Shown: positions 8,440-17,664 of the stretch, piece by piece
Layout: every line of letters starts with the position of its first letter
Numbering within the stretch: the first letter of the stretch is position 1
Origin: a virus
DNA length: 64,000 nucleotides
IMG/VR virus record: IMGVR_UViG_3300027668_002455
Span: 32,001-96,000 of that record
Strand: one strand, 5' to 3'
The notes under the pieces: generated by a model
Databases searched by the model: none
What the model saw: only the letters and a program-made list of their open reading frames with translations
Told to the model about the DNA's origin: nothing
Translations under genes and position numbers: made by a program

Positions 8440-8605
8440 AAGTGTCGCTGTACTCGTTAAGGTGTCGGTAGATTTTTACCACCTTCTCTCGGTAGGAGTC
8501 CACTTTAAGAATCTTATAATGTTTATTTTTAACACCACGATTCCACGCCTCCTCGTTTTTAAGGATACGGTCTACAGTCTTATCGAATTTGCTTTGTTGC
8601 TTCAT
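8432..8605 (-). CDS. Small hypothetical protein (57 aa, MKQQSKFDK...)
   Basis: TAATG overlap with the upstream gene. Confidence 0.5.
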   Translation of the reverse strand: MKQQSKFDKTVDRILKNEEAWNRGVKNKHYKILKVDSYREKVVKIYRHLNEYSDTYD

Positions 8606-9168
8606 TATCTCAGTTCCTTTTTAATAAGTCTCCACCTATCACTGTCTATTTCTTTTTCTCCAGAGTCAATCATCTTCAACATATCCACGACTTCTTCTAT
8701 CGTGTCGTAAATATAGTGGTGTGGTAGCATCCCCATCATCCATAGTGGTGTTTTGCTTTTCCCTCCCTCCATACTTATGAAGATAGGTTTTTTCATTCTC
8801 ACCGCTGTAACAATTTCTTCTGCGCTTCCCCAACTTGCCACCTCTGGTACTAAGTGGGCTACGATAAAGTCGCTTCTGTCAACAAGGTTTAAATCGTAAC
8901 TACGTATTCTTTTCATCCTCTCTGCAACGTCACTGTAAAACCCAAGCTCCATGTCTCGCTGTACTTTTTCGCGAGTCTCTTCGCCCTCATCTACATCTTT
9001 TACGAAGGGTTTTTTATATGGGTTGAAGATAGTTGTGCCAAGAGGTAGTAGTTCTTCTTCGACATAATCACGCCAGTCTCTCCCCTCGGCATACTGCATA
9101 TGCCCTACGAGATAGGTACGCGTTTTCCATAGTAGATTATCTTTGTTGTTTTGATTTTGCACGGGCAA
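8605..9168 (-). CDS. Nucleoside 2-deoxyribosyltransferase-like protein
   Basis: TYLVGHM...WR...FNP...DL..VD.SD...SWGSAEE...KP. Confidence 0.75.
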   Translation of the reverse strand: MPVQNQNNKDNLLWKTRTYLVGHMQYAEGRDWRDYVEEELLPLGTTIFNPYKKPFVKDVDEGEETREKVQRDMELGFYSDVAERMKRIRSYDLNLVDRSDFIVAHLVPEVASWGSAEEIVTAVRMKKPIFISMEGGKSKTPLWMMGMLPHHYIYDTIEEVVDMLKMIDSGEKEIDSDRWRLIKKELR

Positions 9169-9313
9169 TGACTCTTTTTTTTACTTTATTTAAAACGATC
9201 CTAGACCAGATGGTATACCTTTTAGAGCCTTGAACTGAGTCGCCTGTCGTAGACACCTCTTTTTCAATTTCACCAAGGATATTAAGTACCTCATCTAACC
9301 CAAAGTAAATCAT
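9137..9313 (-). CDS. Small hypothetical protein (58 aa, MIYFGLDEV...)
   Basis: Open frame filling the gap, preceded by TATAAT. Confidence 0.4.
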   Translation of the reverse strand: MIYFGLDEVLNILGEIEKEVSTTGDSVQGSKRYTIWSRIVLNKVKKRVIARAKSKQQR

Positions 9314-9339
9314 TTTATTATATTAGTCAAGTAAAATCG

Positions 9340-10461
9340 TCATACAGAAATTTCTAGTTTTTCTAGATTCTTACTGAAATCTTCATATGGGATGTCGCTG
9401 TAGGATAGGTTCTTCGGGTATTGCGTATAGTGATCTCGATCCTGATCTTTATCACCATCAAAAATACCTTCAGCCATGAGGGAGGCTACTGAAGAAATTG
9501 GAAAAGCCGTGGCTCTTTGCATAGCTGTAAACCCTGTGGTGTTACCGTGCGGAATCAAGATTTCTTTATCATATTTAATATCCCCTCCTTTAACAGTGAT
9601 CTTCATAAAGACCACATCTCCGAAGGGTTGAGGGGGACATCCCTTTTCAAAAATAGCGCCAAGGGTTTTATCATCTACCTTGGCGTGTCTAATTAAGAAT
9701 CTAACTGCCTCACAGTGGCCTTTGTATCTTAATGTCTTGTAGGAGCAGTCCTTGACTCCTCGTCTCTTCATGGTTTCAATCGTGTGGGACGCTCCCCCAC
9801 TCGTAAAAAAGGCTTCCATGTCTTCGTTTATAAGATCAAAGTGGACTTCCTCTAACCCCTCCATGCCTCGCTCCTCATGGATTTCACCGTTCAGAAGTAC
9901 CTTACAGTCATCCTTGTACTCATTTACAAGGCCATCGGTAGACCATGAGCAAATATAATTGAAGGGCGGGTTTGCATCGAAGCAAGCTGGGAGTCCTCCT
10001 ACCATCATTTTAACTGAATCCACCTCACAATGGAGTTGAGAGTACCCATGCTCTGCCATAATGTTAACCCAGCCGGGTGCAAGCCCCAAGTCTGTCATAA
10101 TGGGTTTGGTTGCTCGCTCTTGGGCATAATCATTTATAGATTGGGACACGTCTACGCGACCACCAAGATCGCAGTAGCGAATATGGTTATCAATGCAAAA
10201 TTCAGCCAAGGTTTGGTTTTGGTGATACGGGAGGCTGCTGATTACAACATCAACGGCTTCAAACTGGGTGAGTAACTCTTTGTAGTCGCGCTCATCGCAA
10301 TTATAGAAGGTTCCCTCCTCTTCTTGCTTAATGTGGTGTCTAAAATTATTGGCCGCATCACTGCTAGAGTCAATGCCAACAACATAATACCCAAGTTTAG
10401 ACATGGCGTACGATATGGCTGTACCCATCCTACCGATTCCAAAAACAGCTACCTTTTTCAT
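9340..10461 (-). CDS. Lysine 6-dehydrogenase / saccharopine dehydrogenase family oxidoreductase
   Basis: GIGRMG Rossmann motif, DLGG, DLGLAPG, EAFFTSGG, YKTLRYKGH; start revised to 10461. Confidence 0.85.
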   Translation of the reverse strand: MKKVAVFGIGRMGTAISYAMSKLGYYVVGIDSSSDAANNFRHHIKQEEEGTFYNCDERDYKELLTQFEAVDVVISSLPYHQNQTLAEFCIDNHIRYCDLGGRVDVSQSINDYAQERATKPIMTDLGLAPGWVNIMAEHGYSQLHCEVDSVKMMVGGLPACFDANPPFNYICSWSTDGLVNEYKDDCKVLLNGEIHEERGMEGLEEVHFDLINEDMEAFFTSGGASHTIETMKRRGVKDCSYKTLRYKGHCEAVRFLIRHAKVDDKTLGAIFEKGCPPQPFGDVVFMKITVKGGDIKYDKEILIPHGNTTGFTAMQRATAFPISSVASLMAEGIFDGDKDQDRDHYTQYPKNLSYSDIPYEDFSKNLEKLEISV

Positions 10462-10466
10462 ATTTT

Positions 10467-11303
10467 TTATTGCTCCCTTTCTCTTTCTCTTTCTCTTTCT
10501 TTTCTCTCCGCTGCACCACACGCAGCCATGAAGTTAAAAGTTTTACCCATAGAGTCTAGCAACCACGTTTGCTCCTCTGGATTATTTTCATAATAATTAC
10601 TCCTGATAATCTCTTGTCCAACTTTTTCTTTAAAGAAGATTAGGTCTTCTTTTTCTTTCATAAAGGACTCTAAAGTGAGCCGTGTTTGTGTCTGTGGGGT
10701 AAAGTAAAATTCCTTTTCAGAAACATTGGTATAATGAGCAATCATGAGGAGGCACTTTTTGCCCTCTACTGTTGTGATCTTTGTTTTTCCCCGCTCAAGG
10801 AAAAAGGATTCCTCGCATACGTGATCTTCGTTTCTGAATTTGTGTCGATTTAGGTAAGATTTTTTAAACCCAAGGATATGAGTTGGGTTTCTTAACTTCA
10901 CGTGGGCAATTGTTTTGTCGTGCTTTAAGTCATATACATACAGGTCATCCAAACATGCTACTTCATATTTTTTAGGTGTTAAGCTTTTTACTATGTGACT
11001 TACACATGTCGCTGGATAAAAATCATCATCATCCATTTGGACAATTATTTCCCCTTTCGCAAGGGAGCAGAGCTTGTTTCTTTTTTTTCCAATAGACAAT
11101 GGGGTTTTGCTTTTTGAATGATGGTATTTAATTCGCTTGTCTGTAGGTAAATGTCCCTTCATGGAGGGTCCTCCGTCCTCGTAGACCAGAAGCTCCATTC
11201 TATTTTGTGGATAAGTTTGTCTATAGAAATTTCTAAGAACATTTTCTGTAAAAAATGCCCTGTCTCGAGTCGGAACAATTATAGATACAAGTGGTTTTTT
11301 CAT
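10467..11303 (-). CDS. Glycosyltransferase family 2
   Basis: VSIIVPT.DR, GKKRN, MDDDD. Confidence 0.85.
   Translation of the reverse strand: MKKPLVSIIVPTRDRAFFTENVLRNFYRQTYPQNRMELLVYEDGGPSMKGHLPTDKRIKYHHSKSKTPLSIGKKRNKLCSLAKGEIIVQMDDDDFYPATCVSHIVKSLTPKKYEVACLDDLYVYDLKHDKTIAHVKLRNPTHILGFKKSYLNRHKFRNEDHVCEESFFLERGKTKITTVEGKKCLLMIAHYTNVSEKEFYFTPQTQTRLTLESFMKEKEDLIFFKEKVGQEIIRSNYYENNPEEQTWLLDSMGKTFNFMAACGAAERKEREREREREQ
10475..10510. repeat. Imperfect hexamer microsatellite (CTCTTT)n encoding the EREREREQ tail
   Basis: Directly visible. Confidence 0.7.
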
Positions 11304-11656
11304 TACTCCTTCCATTCTACCTGAATTAGGTTCTCTCCAAAGAACTCTCCCGTATACCTCACCGCATCCATTGGATCAAACTTTTTGCAAGTGTAAATAT
11401 CAATGGAAAAGAAGGGCGGTTTTCTGTCGTCCCATCCATAAATGTGCATTCCGCTTTCTTTCCAGTGCATATACGCGCACCACCCGTAGTGGGAATCATA
11501 GTTGCAGACGGGGGATGTCACCGCTGTCATGTTTAAGACCTTGGTTACCTCCTCACAGTAGCGAGTCATGTCTTCGGGTTTGAAGGCATTGTGAAGCGTC
11601 CCTTCGATTATAATTCGCTGTCGGCAAATGTCTGGTGCTAAATCTTTCCAACTCAT
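11303..11656 (-). CDS. S-adenosylmethionine decarboxylase-like pyruvoyl proenzyme
   Basis: E/S self-cleavage site (KESGMHIYGW), IDIYTC.F. Confidence 0.75.
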   Translation of the reverse strand: MSWKDLAPDICRQRIIIEGTLHNAFKPEDMTRYCEEVTKVLNMTAVTSPVCNYDSHYGWCAYMHWKESGMHIYGWDDRKPPFFSIDIYTCKKFDPMDAVRYTGEFFGENLIQVEWKE

Positions 11657-12066
11657 AACTCTTCTATCCTTTTTGATTTGTCATCTATCACTAAATCACA
11701 AGCTGGCTTAATATATTTTCCTTTAGAGCCGGTAGATAGGTCATGAAATTTACAACCCCACGATTCCAGCTGTCTCCAAGTGAATTCATAATAACATTTA
11801 CCAAGTGATATAGATTTCTGAGAGCCGCCTCGGGCGGTCCAATAAATAACGTACCATCCTTCATCATATAATTTATTTATTTTATTTATATTTTCCTGAC
11901 TAGGCTCAGCAAGGTCGTACCGTCTTTTGTCAGGGTAAAAGCAAATGGTTTCATCAACATCCACTAACACAACCTTTCTGTCGTCAGAGGAAAACTTTTT
12001 GGATTCATGAAAGTTCATGTCTTCTGCAAGTTGATTGTACATCTGCGCTTCTGGGTGCTCGCTCAT
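11653..12066 (-). CDS. HAD-superfamily phosphatase (capsule-biosynthesis EcbF-like)
   Basis: VDVDETIC, YWTARG, KP...IDDK. Confidence 0.75.
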   Translation of the reverse strand: MSEHPEAQMYNQLAEDMNFHESKKFSSDDRKVVLVDVDETICFYPDKRRYDLAEPSQENINKINKLYDEGWYVIYWTARGGSQKSISLGKCYYEFTWRQLESWGCKFHDLSTGSKGKYIKPACDLVIDDKSKRIEEL

Positions 12067-12830
12067 TTTCCCCTTGCCTTCTTAGGGGTCTTTCTTTTAG
12101 GCTCTGTCCTTTTGGGTGCTTTTGACCTTTTCTCGGGTAATATTGCACGAATTTCGTCTACGAGTTGCATTTCTAGCCCCTCATCCGCACTGATCCACCA
12201 GTCTTTTCTGTCCCAGTTTCTTTTTATCTTTTGTTTAGTTAATCTAGATCGAGCCGTGAAGATATCAAGGATCCGGCCCTCAATGCGCTTAACAAACTCA
12301 ACTTCGTCTTCCACTTCATAAGTTTTACCGAAGGCCCCAAAAGCTGCTCGGTGGATCATGATCCATGCTTGTCCTCCAACCCATCGGGTGTCGCCGGCTT
12401 GGAGCAAGATTCCTGCCATAGAGGCAGCCATGCCAAGTGTTCCGGTGGTTATGTGGTGGCCTTTATTTCTTAGGTCTTGAAGGAAATCAAATAATTCAAA
12501 TCCATCAATGATGCTTCCTCCGGGGCTTGAAAAAATAATTTCAATATTACACTCAGGAGTAATCCTAGACCACTCTGTTAACCTCCTTATACACCCGCTA
12601 ACTGTAGACTTGTTTACCTCGCCACCAAATCGATAAAGATGATTGCGCTCATCGGATGCCGCTGCTCGCCTGTGTTTCCTCTCTTCGTCGCCGGCTTCAA
12701 GCATCGCTAGCGTCGCTTCTGATTCAGCCTTAGCGGCTTCAGCTAGTGTCTTGCGAGTTTCTGCTTCCGTCTTTGCGATTTCTGCGGCAACTTCCTTTGA
12801 GCTTCTGAGGTCTGAATTTTCTTTTTTCAT
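12063..12830 (-). CDS. ClpP-family serine protease
   Basis: SSPGG, GMAASMA (catalytic Ser), MIH (catalytic His), DWWISA..GL..QLVD. Confidence 0.85.
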   Translation of the reverse strand: MKKENSDLRSSKEVAAEIAKTEAETRKTLAEAAKAESEATLAMLEAGDEERKHRRAAASDERNHLYRFGGEVNKSTVSGCIRRLTEWSRITPECNIEIIFSSPGGSIIDGFELFDFLQDLRNKGHHITTGTLGMAASMAGILLQAGDTRWVGGQAWIMIHRAAFGAFGKTYEVEDEVEFVKRIEGRILDIFTARSRLTKQKIKRNWDRKDWWISADEGLEMQLVDEIRAILPEKRSKAPKRTEPKRKTPKKARGK

Positions 12831-12843
12831 AATTAGTTTTTAT

Positions 12844-14379
12844 TTATTTCATTCCCTGTGGAAAGGTTAATGTGTCTGCATGGTTTACTGTCCAGCTTAT
12901 TTCGTGAGTAACTGCTCGGACGGTTCTTGCTGCGCTTGGAAAACCGTTGCCAGATTTTTTAACACCCCCAAAAGCCATGTGTGACTCAGCGGCTATTGAC
13001 CCCCCGTTCCAGTAAATCATTCCAGCATCACACTCATCTCGGAGGACCCTCGCCTTCCTGAAGTCATTGGTAAGGACACCAACGGCGAGGCCATACTCGG
13101 TATCGTTGTATATCCTGATCGCATCTTCTAGCGTGTCGAACGGGATGATTCCAACGTGTGGACCAAACACCTCGTTACGTAGATAGGAAGCTTCGGGCCC
13201 TCGCCATTCACTCTGATAAATCATGGGAGTACTGAAGTAGGTCCCATTCTCGCCAGTATAAACAGGGGGGAGTAGAACTGTTGCCTCGGGGTCATTAAAT
13301 ACCATCGAGTTGTAAAGTCGAACCTTGCTGAACCCCTGCTGGTTGATTAGTGGCCCATAATAAACCTCCTCGTTTGGGGTAACTTCCTCCCAACATATAG
13401 CGGCTGGGGTGCCACATGTGCCGATGTTCTTTTTAAAGGGATTACCTGTTTTTAGTTCTGAAGCCTTCTCTGTAAATTTTTTACAAAATTCATCGTAGAC
13501 TGTCCTTTGTACAATCATGCGACCAGAGGAAACACATCTTTGTCCAGATAGTTTAAAAGCACTGGCAACTGCGGCCTCAACAGCTAAATCCATCTCTACG
13601 TCATCAAATATAATACAGGCAGATTTACTACCTAATTCACAAGAGGTAGTCTTGTTCCAAGATTTAGCAGCCACTGTACGAATGTGTTGTCCGACATCGG
13701 CAGAACCAGTAAAGCAAATATGGTCGATATCAGCATGAACCAACCCGTCACCAGTATCGCCACCACCGTGCACCAAATTAACGACTCCATGTGGAAGGCC
13801 AGCTTCCTCATAGATTTCCACAGCCATTTGAGTTGACATCGGAGCGTCTTCACTTGGTTTTATTACAATCGTGTTTCCTTCTACTATGGCTGGTGCGGCG
13901 TTCCAGAACATTCCAATCGCTAAAGGAAAATTAAAAGGCGTTACAATAGCTATTACACCCTTTGGCTTCCTAAGCATGTAACAATCTTTATCTTCAATTT
14001 CGGAAGCAATAGCTTCGCCATGAGAGTAACGCCCAGAACCAAAAGCAAATTGAGCCATGTGTAGAGCTTCATTTACTTCCGCTATTGATTCGTTATAATT
14101 CTTTCCTGTTTCAAGAGATATAGTTTTTGCTAACTCTTCTTTTCTTCGCTCAATTATTTGAGCAACCTTATTCATGTAATCAGATCGTACAAATCTGCTT
14201 ACCTTTCTCCATTTTAAAAATGTCTCCCGCGCGACATCCACGGCCCTGTTGACATCGACATCTTCGGTTTGGGGAAACAGACCCAGAATTTCACCTGTGG
14301 CGGGGTTGATGTTGGTATAGGTTTCCCTTGTGGTTTCCCATTCTCCGTTAATATAGTTTTTACCTTTAAACATTGTCAT
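12844..14379 (-). CDS. Aldehyde dehydrogenase (semialdehyde dehydrogenase-like)
   Basis: PFNFP, KPSE, FTGS, ELG, GQRC, EVFGP, FGGVKKSG. Confidence 0.95.
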   Translation of the reverse strand: MTMFKGKNYINGEWETTRETYTNINPATGEILGLFPQTEDVDVNRAVDVARETFLKWRKVSRFVRSDYMNKVAQIIERRKEELAKTISLETGKNYNESIAEVNEALHMAQFAFGSGRYSHGEAIASEIEDKDCYMLRKPKGVIAIVTPFNFPLAIGMFWNAAPAIVEGNTIVIKPSEDAPMSTQMAVEIYEEAGLPHGVVNLVHGGGDTGDGLVHADIDHICFTGSADVGQHIRTVAAKSWNKTTSCELGSKSACIIFDDVEMDLAVEAAVASAFKLSGQRCVSSGRMIVQRTVYDEFCKKFTEKASELKTGNPFKKNIGTCGTPAAICWEEVTPNEEVYYGPLINQQGFSKVRLYNSMVFNDPEATVLLPPVYTGENGTYFSTPMIYQSEWRGPEASYLRNEVFGPHVGIIPFDTLEDAIRIYNDTEYGLAVGVLTNDFRKARVLRDECDAGMIYWNGGSIAAESHMAFGGVKKSGNGFPSAARTVRAVTHEISWTVNHADTLTFPQGMK

Positions 14380-14382
14380 CCC

Positions 14383-14925
14383 TTACTCTTTTGTGCTTTC
14401 CATTAAGGCTTTTACGTTCTCCTTGCAAAATCCGTCTCCTTCTCTATCGATTAGCTCATAAATCACCCCTGTCAATTCGGATGGCTTCGTGAAAACCTGA
14501 ACAAGTCCGGGGCAACTCATGGGTTTCTCTGAGTAGAACTCAGCATACCCTTCTTGCTTCCATTTTTCCATAGTTTCTTCAACATCTTCTACTTCGTAAG
14601 CCATGTGATGTATGCCGCCAACACCACCTCTTTCGTCCACCCAGTCTCCAACTATGGAGCCTTCAGGCCCGTCGCTGATAAAGATTTCGGGGGGAGCATG
14701 GTATTCTAATTGATTTTCTCTCTCCGTGAGGTGATAGGGCAGTGTCCAAAGCTTGGGACTTTCTGCGCGATTTTCAGGAGGAGTAAGAGCTATGCAATCT
14801 GCCTTACTGCCGTCCTCAAATTCAATCTGGAACTCTGTGCCCACGTCATACCCAAGGGTATCGTGAAGAAAATCAACCGTTTTAAGACGATCTTTTACCC
14901 TGTAAGCTATGTGGTCGAGTCTCAT
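14383..14925 (-). CDS. VOC-fold, single-domain HPPD-like metalloenzyme
   Basis: DH(5)IA, GIHH(107)MA, LVQVFTKP...YE(157)LI.R..GF...NVKALMES, resembling the HPPD C-terminal domain. Confidence 0.7.
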   Translation of the reverse strand: MRLDHIAYRVKDRLKTVDFLHDTLGYDVGTEFQIEFEDGSKADCIALTPPENRAESPKLWTLPYHLTERENQLEYHAPPEIFISDGPEGSIVGDWVDERGGVGGIHHMAYEVEDVEETMEKWKQEGYAEFYSEKPMSCPGLVQVFTKPSELTGVIYELIDREGDGFCKENVKALMESTKE

Positions 14926-14939
14926 GATATATAATTGTA

Positions 14940-15662
14940 TTAATTCAAATATTTTTTTTCTAATAATTCTATAGTTTGTTCATCAGATGTGACATTATGG
15001 TATGTTCCTTGTCCTTCTATAAGAATATCATTAGCAATCGAGTAATCGTTTCCCCCCTCGTGGCATTTGTCTCCAAAAAATACCATTTTACTTTTTAAAG
15101 TCTTCCTTATCCACTTACTAGCCTGCGACTTATCTTGTCCCTTTGGGTAGATGTCAATACTTATTTGACCACCAATACATGCATCTAAATCAGGCCAATC
15201 AAGCTTTATCGTTAGGGCTAGTTGTTCTCTGTCTTTATTCTTTTTGTCCCATTCATAATAAATTTCTCTTAACTCAGGCACCGCTTCCCTGCCTATAATA
15301 GAAAAGTTAACCATCCCTGTTCTCTTTTCTCTGAAGTTTTTTCCTTTGGGGGTAAAGTGGGAGCTTTTCTGAAGCTGTGACAGGTAGCTTAAGAAGTCAG
15401 GATTCGGTGTCCAATCATTCTTGTATATCAATTCATCGTTCATCCATAGTTCGTTTCCAGAAGAACAGAAAATTCCCTCCACCTCACTGAGAATGTTGTG
15501 GGGTAGTTGTCTTTCAATTTTTTCTTTATCGCTCCCCGCTACAATGTAAACATTTTTACCTTCCATCCATCGGAGAAAGCGTCTCGTTGTCTCTGTTCTC
15601 ATGGCCTTCATTGGCGGCGTCAGGGTTCCGTCTACATCAAAAAGATAGGCTATGTTGTCCAT
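14940..15662 (-). CDS. HAD-IIB phosphomannomutase (eukaryote-type PMM-like)
   Basis: FDVDGTLT, R.GMVNFS.IGR, GGQISIDI, FFGDK...GGND. Confidence 0.85.
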   Translation of the reverse strand: MDNIAYLFDVDGTLTPPMKAMRTETTRRFLRWMEGKNVYIVAGSDKEKIERQLPHNILSEVEGIFCSSGNELWMNDELIYKNDWTPNPDFLSYLSQLQKSSHFTPKGKNFREKRTGMVNFSIIGREAVPELREIYYEWDKKNKDREQLALTIKLDWPDLDACIGGQISIDIYPKGQDKSQASKWIRKTLKSKMVFFGDKCHEGGNDYSIANDILIEGQGTYHNVTSDEQTIELLEKKYLN

Positions 15663-16519
15663 AATTTATTTTTAAGTTCAGTTAGTTTTGTTTTATCTTT
15701 GGTTGAAAGCTCAGGGCATTTAGAATTTAATATACATTTAATCTCTGCTGGGCTGGCTAGGTTGGTGGATATATTTCCAAAGTGATGTATGTAAGAGTTC
15801 ATGTAAATACCCCATTTAGGGCGCGAGATCAAATCTCTAATTTGATTTATCCACATACCATCTTCGGCACCAGCTAGTGATACGTTTGGGTCCCACTTGG
15901 GTAAACGGTGTGCTATTTTTTTATTAATTAAAAAGGCATTTATATTTACTCTCCCGCGAGTGAGTTCGTTTTCTTCCTCTCCGAGCTCCCCGTGATCATC
16001 CCTCTCTCCGTAAAAAACGGAGGAACCGTAGTGACTGACGTGGTTTTTTATGAAGGCTTCCTTGTCGGTGCCGTAAGCTGTGTCCATGTATGCGTCGAGC
16101 GTTTCTGCGGTGGAGTCTCTCTTGCATTGCTCTTGTGAAACATCAGTGTTCCGCTTTATGTAATCAAGGAGAATCGGGTTCGCAGAGGGACAAAGGGTTG
16201 AGGCAATATGGTAGCCCTCTTTATTTTTAATAAGGGGGTCTATCCAGTGGGGGAAAACGTAGTGGTCATTAGCCATGACGAAAACGTCTTGATTGCATTC
16301 CCGTGCAATCTCAATAGCAAAGTTTTCGGCCCTTGCCACTCCGTAGTTATGCTCTAGGTTGAGGAGATGGATGTCTTCGTCGGTGTGTTTAAAGGGACTA
16401 TCTGAGGAGTTTTCCCATACGACGACATTAAGGTCCTCGCGGGGTGTGTGTTTGAATAGTGAATCTAAAAGATACCCTGTGTATACGGGTCGGTTCCAGC
16501 TTATGATTAACTGTATCAC
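15650..16519 (-). CDS. Glycosyltransferase family 2-like
   Basis: ISWNR, WENSS, NYGVARAEN, EDG..IHH; start revised to GTG 16519. Confidence 0.65.
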   Translation of the reverse strand: MIQLIISWNRPVYTGYLLDSLFKHTPREDLNVVVWENSSDSPFKHTDEDIHLLNLEHNYGVARAENFAIEIARECNQDVFVMANDHYVFPHWIDPLIKNKEGYHIASTLCPSANPILLDYIKRNTDVSQEQCKRDSTAETLDAYMDTAYGTDKEAFIKNHVSHYGSSVFYGERDDHGELGEEENELTRGRVNINAFLINKKIAHRLPKWDPNVSLAGAEDGMWINQIRDLISRPKWGIYMNSYIHHFGNISTNLASPAEIKCILNSKCPELSTKDKTKLTELKNKLWTT

Positions 16520-16520
16520 C

Positions 16521-16874
16521 TTAGTCTCTCCAAACTCTATAACTATCCGCATCCCGATGAAATGTGCTGCTTTCGATAATGTCACAGTCAGTAGTAGCTT
16601 CAACTTGGTGTGGGACAAGCCTATCTATTACATAACAATCTCCCTCGTGTAAATCTAAAGAGACTTCCGCTGTTGTTTCTGTATCTATAATTTTAAGTCT
16701 ACAGCTTCCTTTTAAGATATAAAAGGTTTCGTGTTTATCAGAATGAAAATGCATACTAAACCTATGGCCGCCTTTAACGTGAAGAATCTTTCCACAATAA
16801 TTGTTTTCCTCCTCGTTGGCTAACCAGAGCTCGTACCCCCACTGTTTTATTACTTTTTTTGGTTTAGATTTCAT
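16521..16874 (-). CDS. Cupin (mannose-6-phosphate/D-lyxose isomerase-like)
   Basis: WGYE, SMHFH..K.ETFY, PH, ESST. Confidence 0.8.
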   Translation of the reverse strand: MKSKPKKVIKQWGYELWLANEEENNYCGKILHVKGGHRFSMHFHSDKHETFYILKGSCRLKIIDTETTAEVSLDLHEGDCYVIDRLVPHQVEATTDCDIIESSTFHRDADSYRVWRD

Positions 16875-16875
16875 T

Positions 16876-17664
16876 TTAATTCATATAAAAGTCCCACTTC
16901 GCATCATACTCTGAGAAGTTTTCATTGTATTTAAAGTATTTTATATCAAATATATGTTTTTTTCTAAGAAGAGATTTTGCTTCCTCGTCTTTGTCTAGGT
17001 AATCTAGGTGATGTTTGCGGTTCCCAAGCTCTCTGGAGACATTAGAGAACTCTATCGGGATATTGGGTAAGAGTAGTCTACCACATAAGTAGGAGAAGTC
17101 ACTCTTTATTTTTTCGCATCGACCAATGAAATTGAAACTAGTTCTGAGGTTGGAGATTGAATCGGGCCTACCGAAGACATCAGCGGGAACAGCTTGCAGG
17201 TTTCTGCTTTCAGTAGCAAAGTCAATCAGCGTGTGCGGCCAAATCTCATCAGACTTGATGTATTCGGGGTATGACATCTGTTTTATTTTTTCTTGTCTGT
17301 GGAAAAAGTCTTTTGGTGCAGGGTCCCACGCCTTGGTGTTTTTCCACCAAAAATAATTGGAAAGATGAATCTCCCACGGGTTGCGCACAAAGGTGAACTT
17401 GAAATACTCATCCCATATTTTATCTCCCACATATCCCTTAACACAGGCAGCTGTCGAGTGTTTCCACGGAAACTCGCCCTGTTCTCTTTGATATTTTTTA
17501 ATGTTTTTTAATCTATTCTTTTCAGAAAGAGCTTCTCCGCTGCGAGTGCACCCGTATACCTCATCATCGTCCCCTAAATACGGCAGGAGGGAATGAGTTA
17601 TAGAAGTCCCCGCGCACCTGTGAGGGTGGATAAAAATAAATTTACGTGTGTGTGAGATAATCAT
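16876..17664 (-). CDS. Sulfotransferase (Sulfotransfer_2)
   Basis: FIHPHRCAGTS 5'-PSB and FVRNPW...S 3'-PB motifs. Confidence 0.85.
   Translation of the reverse strand: MIISHTRKFIFIHPHRCAGTSITHSLLPYLGDDDEVYGCTRSGEALSEKNRLKNIKKYQREQGEFPWKHSTAACVKGYVGDKIWDEYFKFTFVRNPWEIHLSNYFWWKNTKAWDPAPKDFFHRQEKIKQMSYPEYIKSDEIWPHTLIDFATESRNLQAVPADVFGRPDSISNLRTSFNFIGRCEKIKSDFSYLCGRLLLPNIPIEFSNVSRELGNRKHHLDYLDKDEEAKSLLRKKHIFDIKYFKYNENFSEYDAKWDFYMN

Noticed and set aside
10461-10521. KRKRKRK NLS-like N-terminus on the dehydrogenase
   Set aside because: It is an alternative-frame reading of the CTCTTT microsatellite in the upstream gene. The real start is at 10461.
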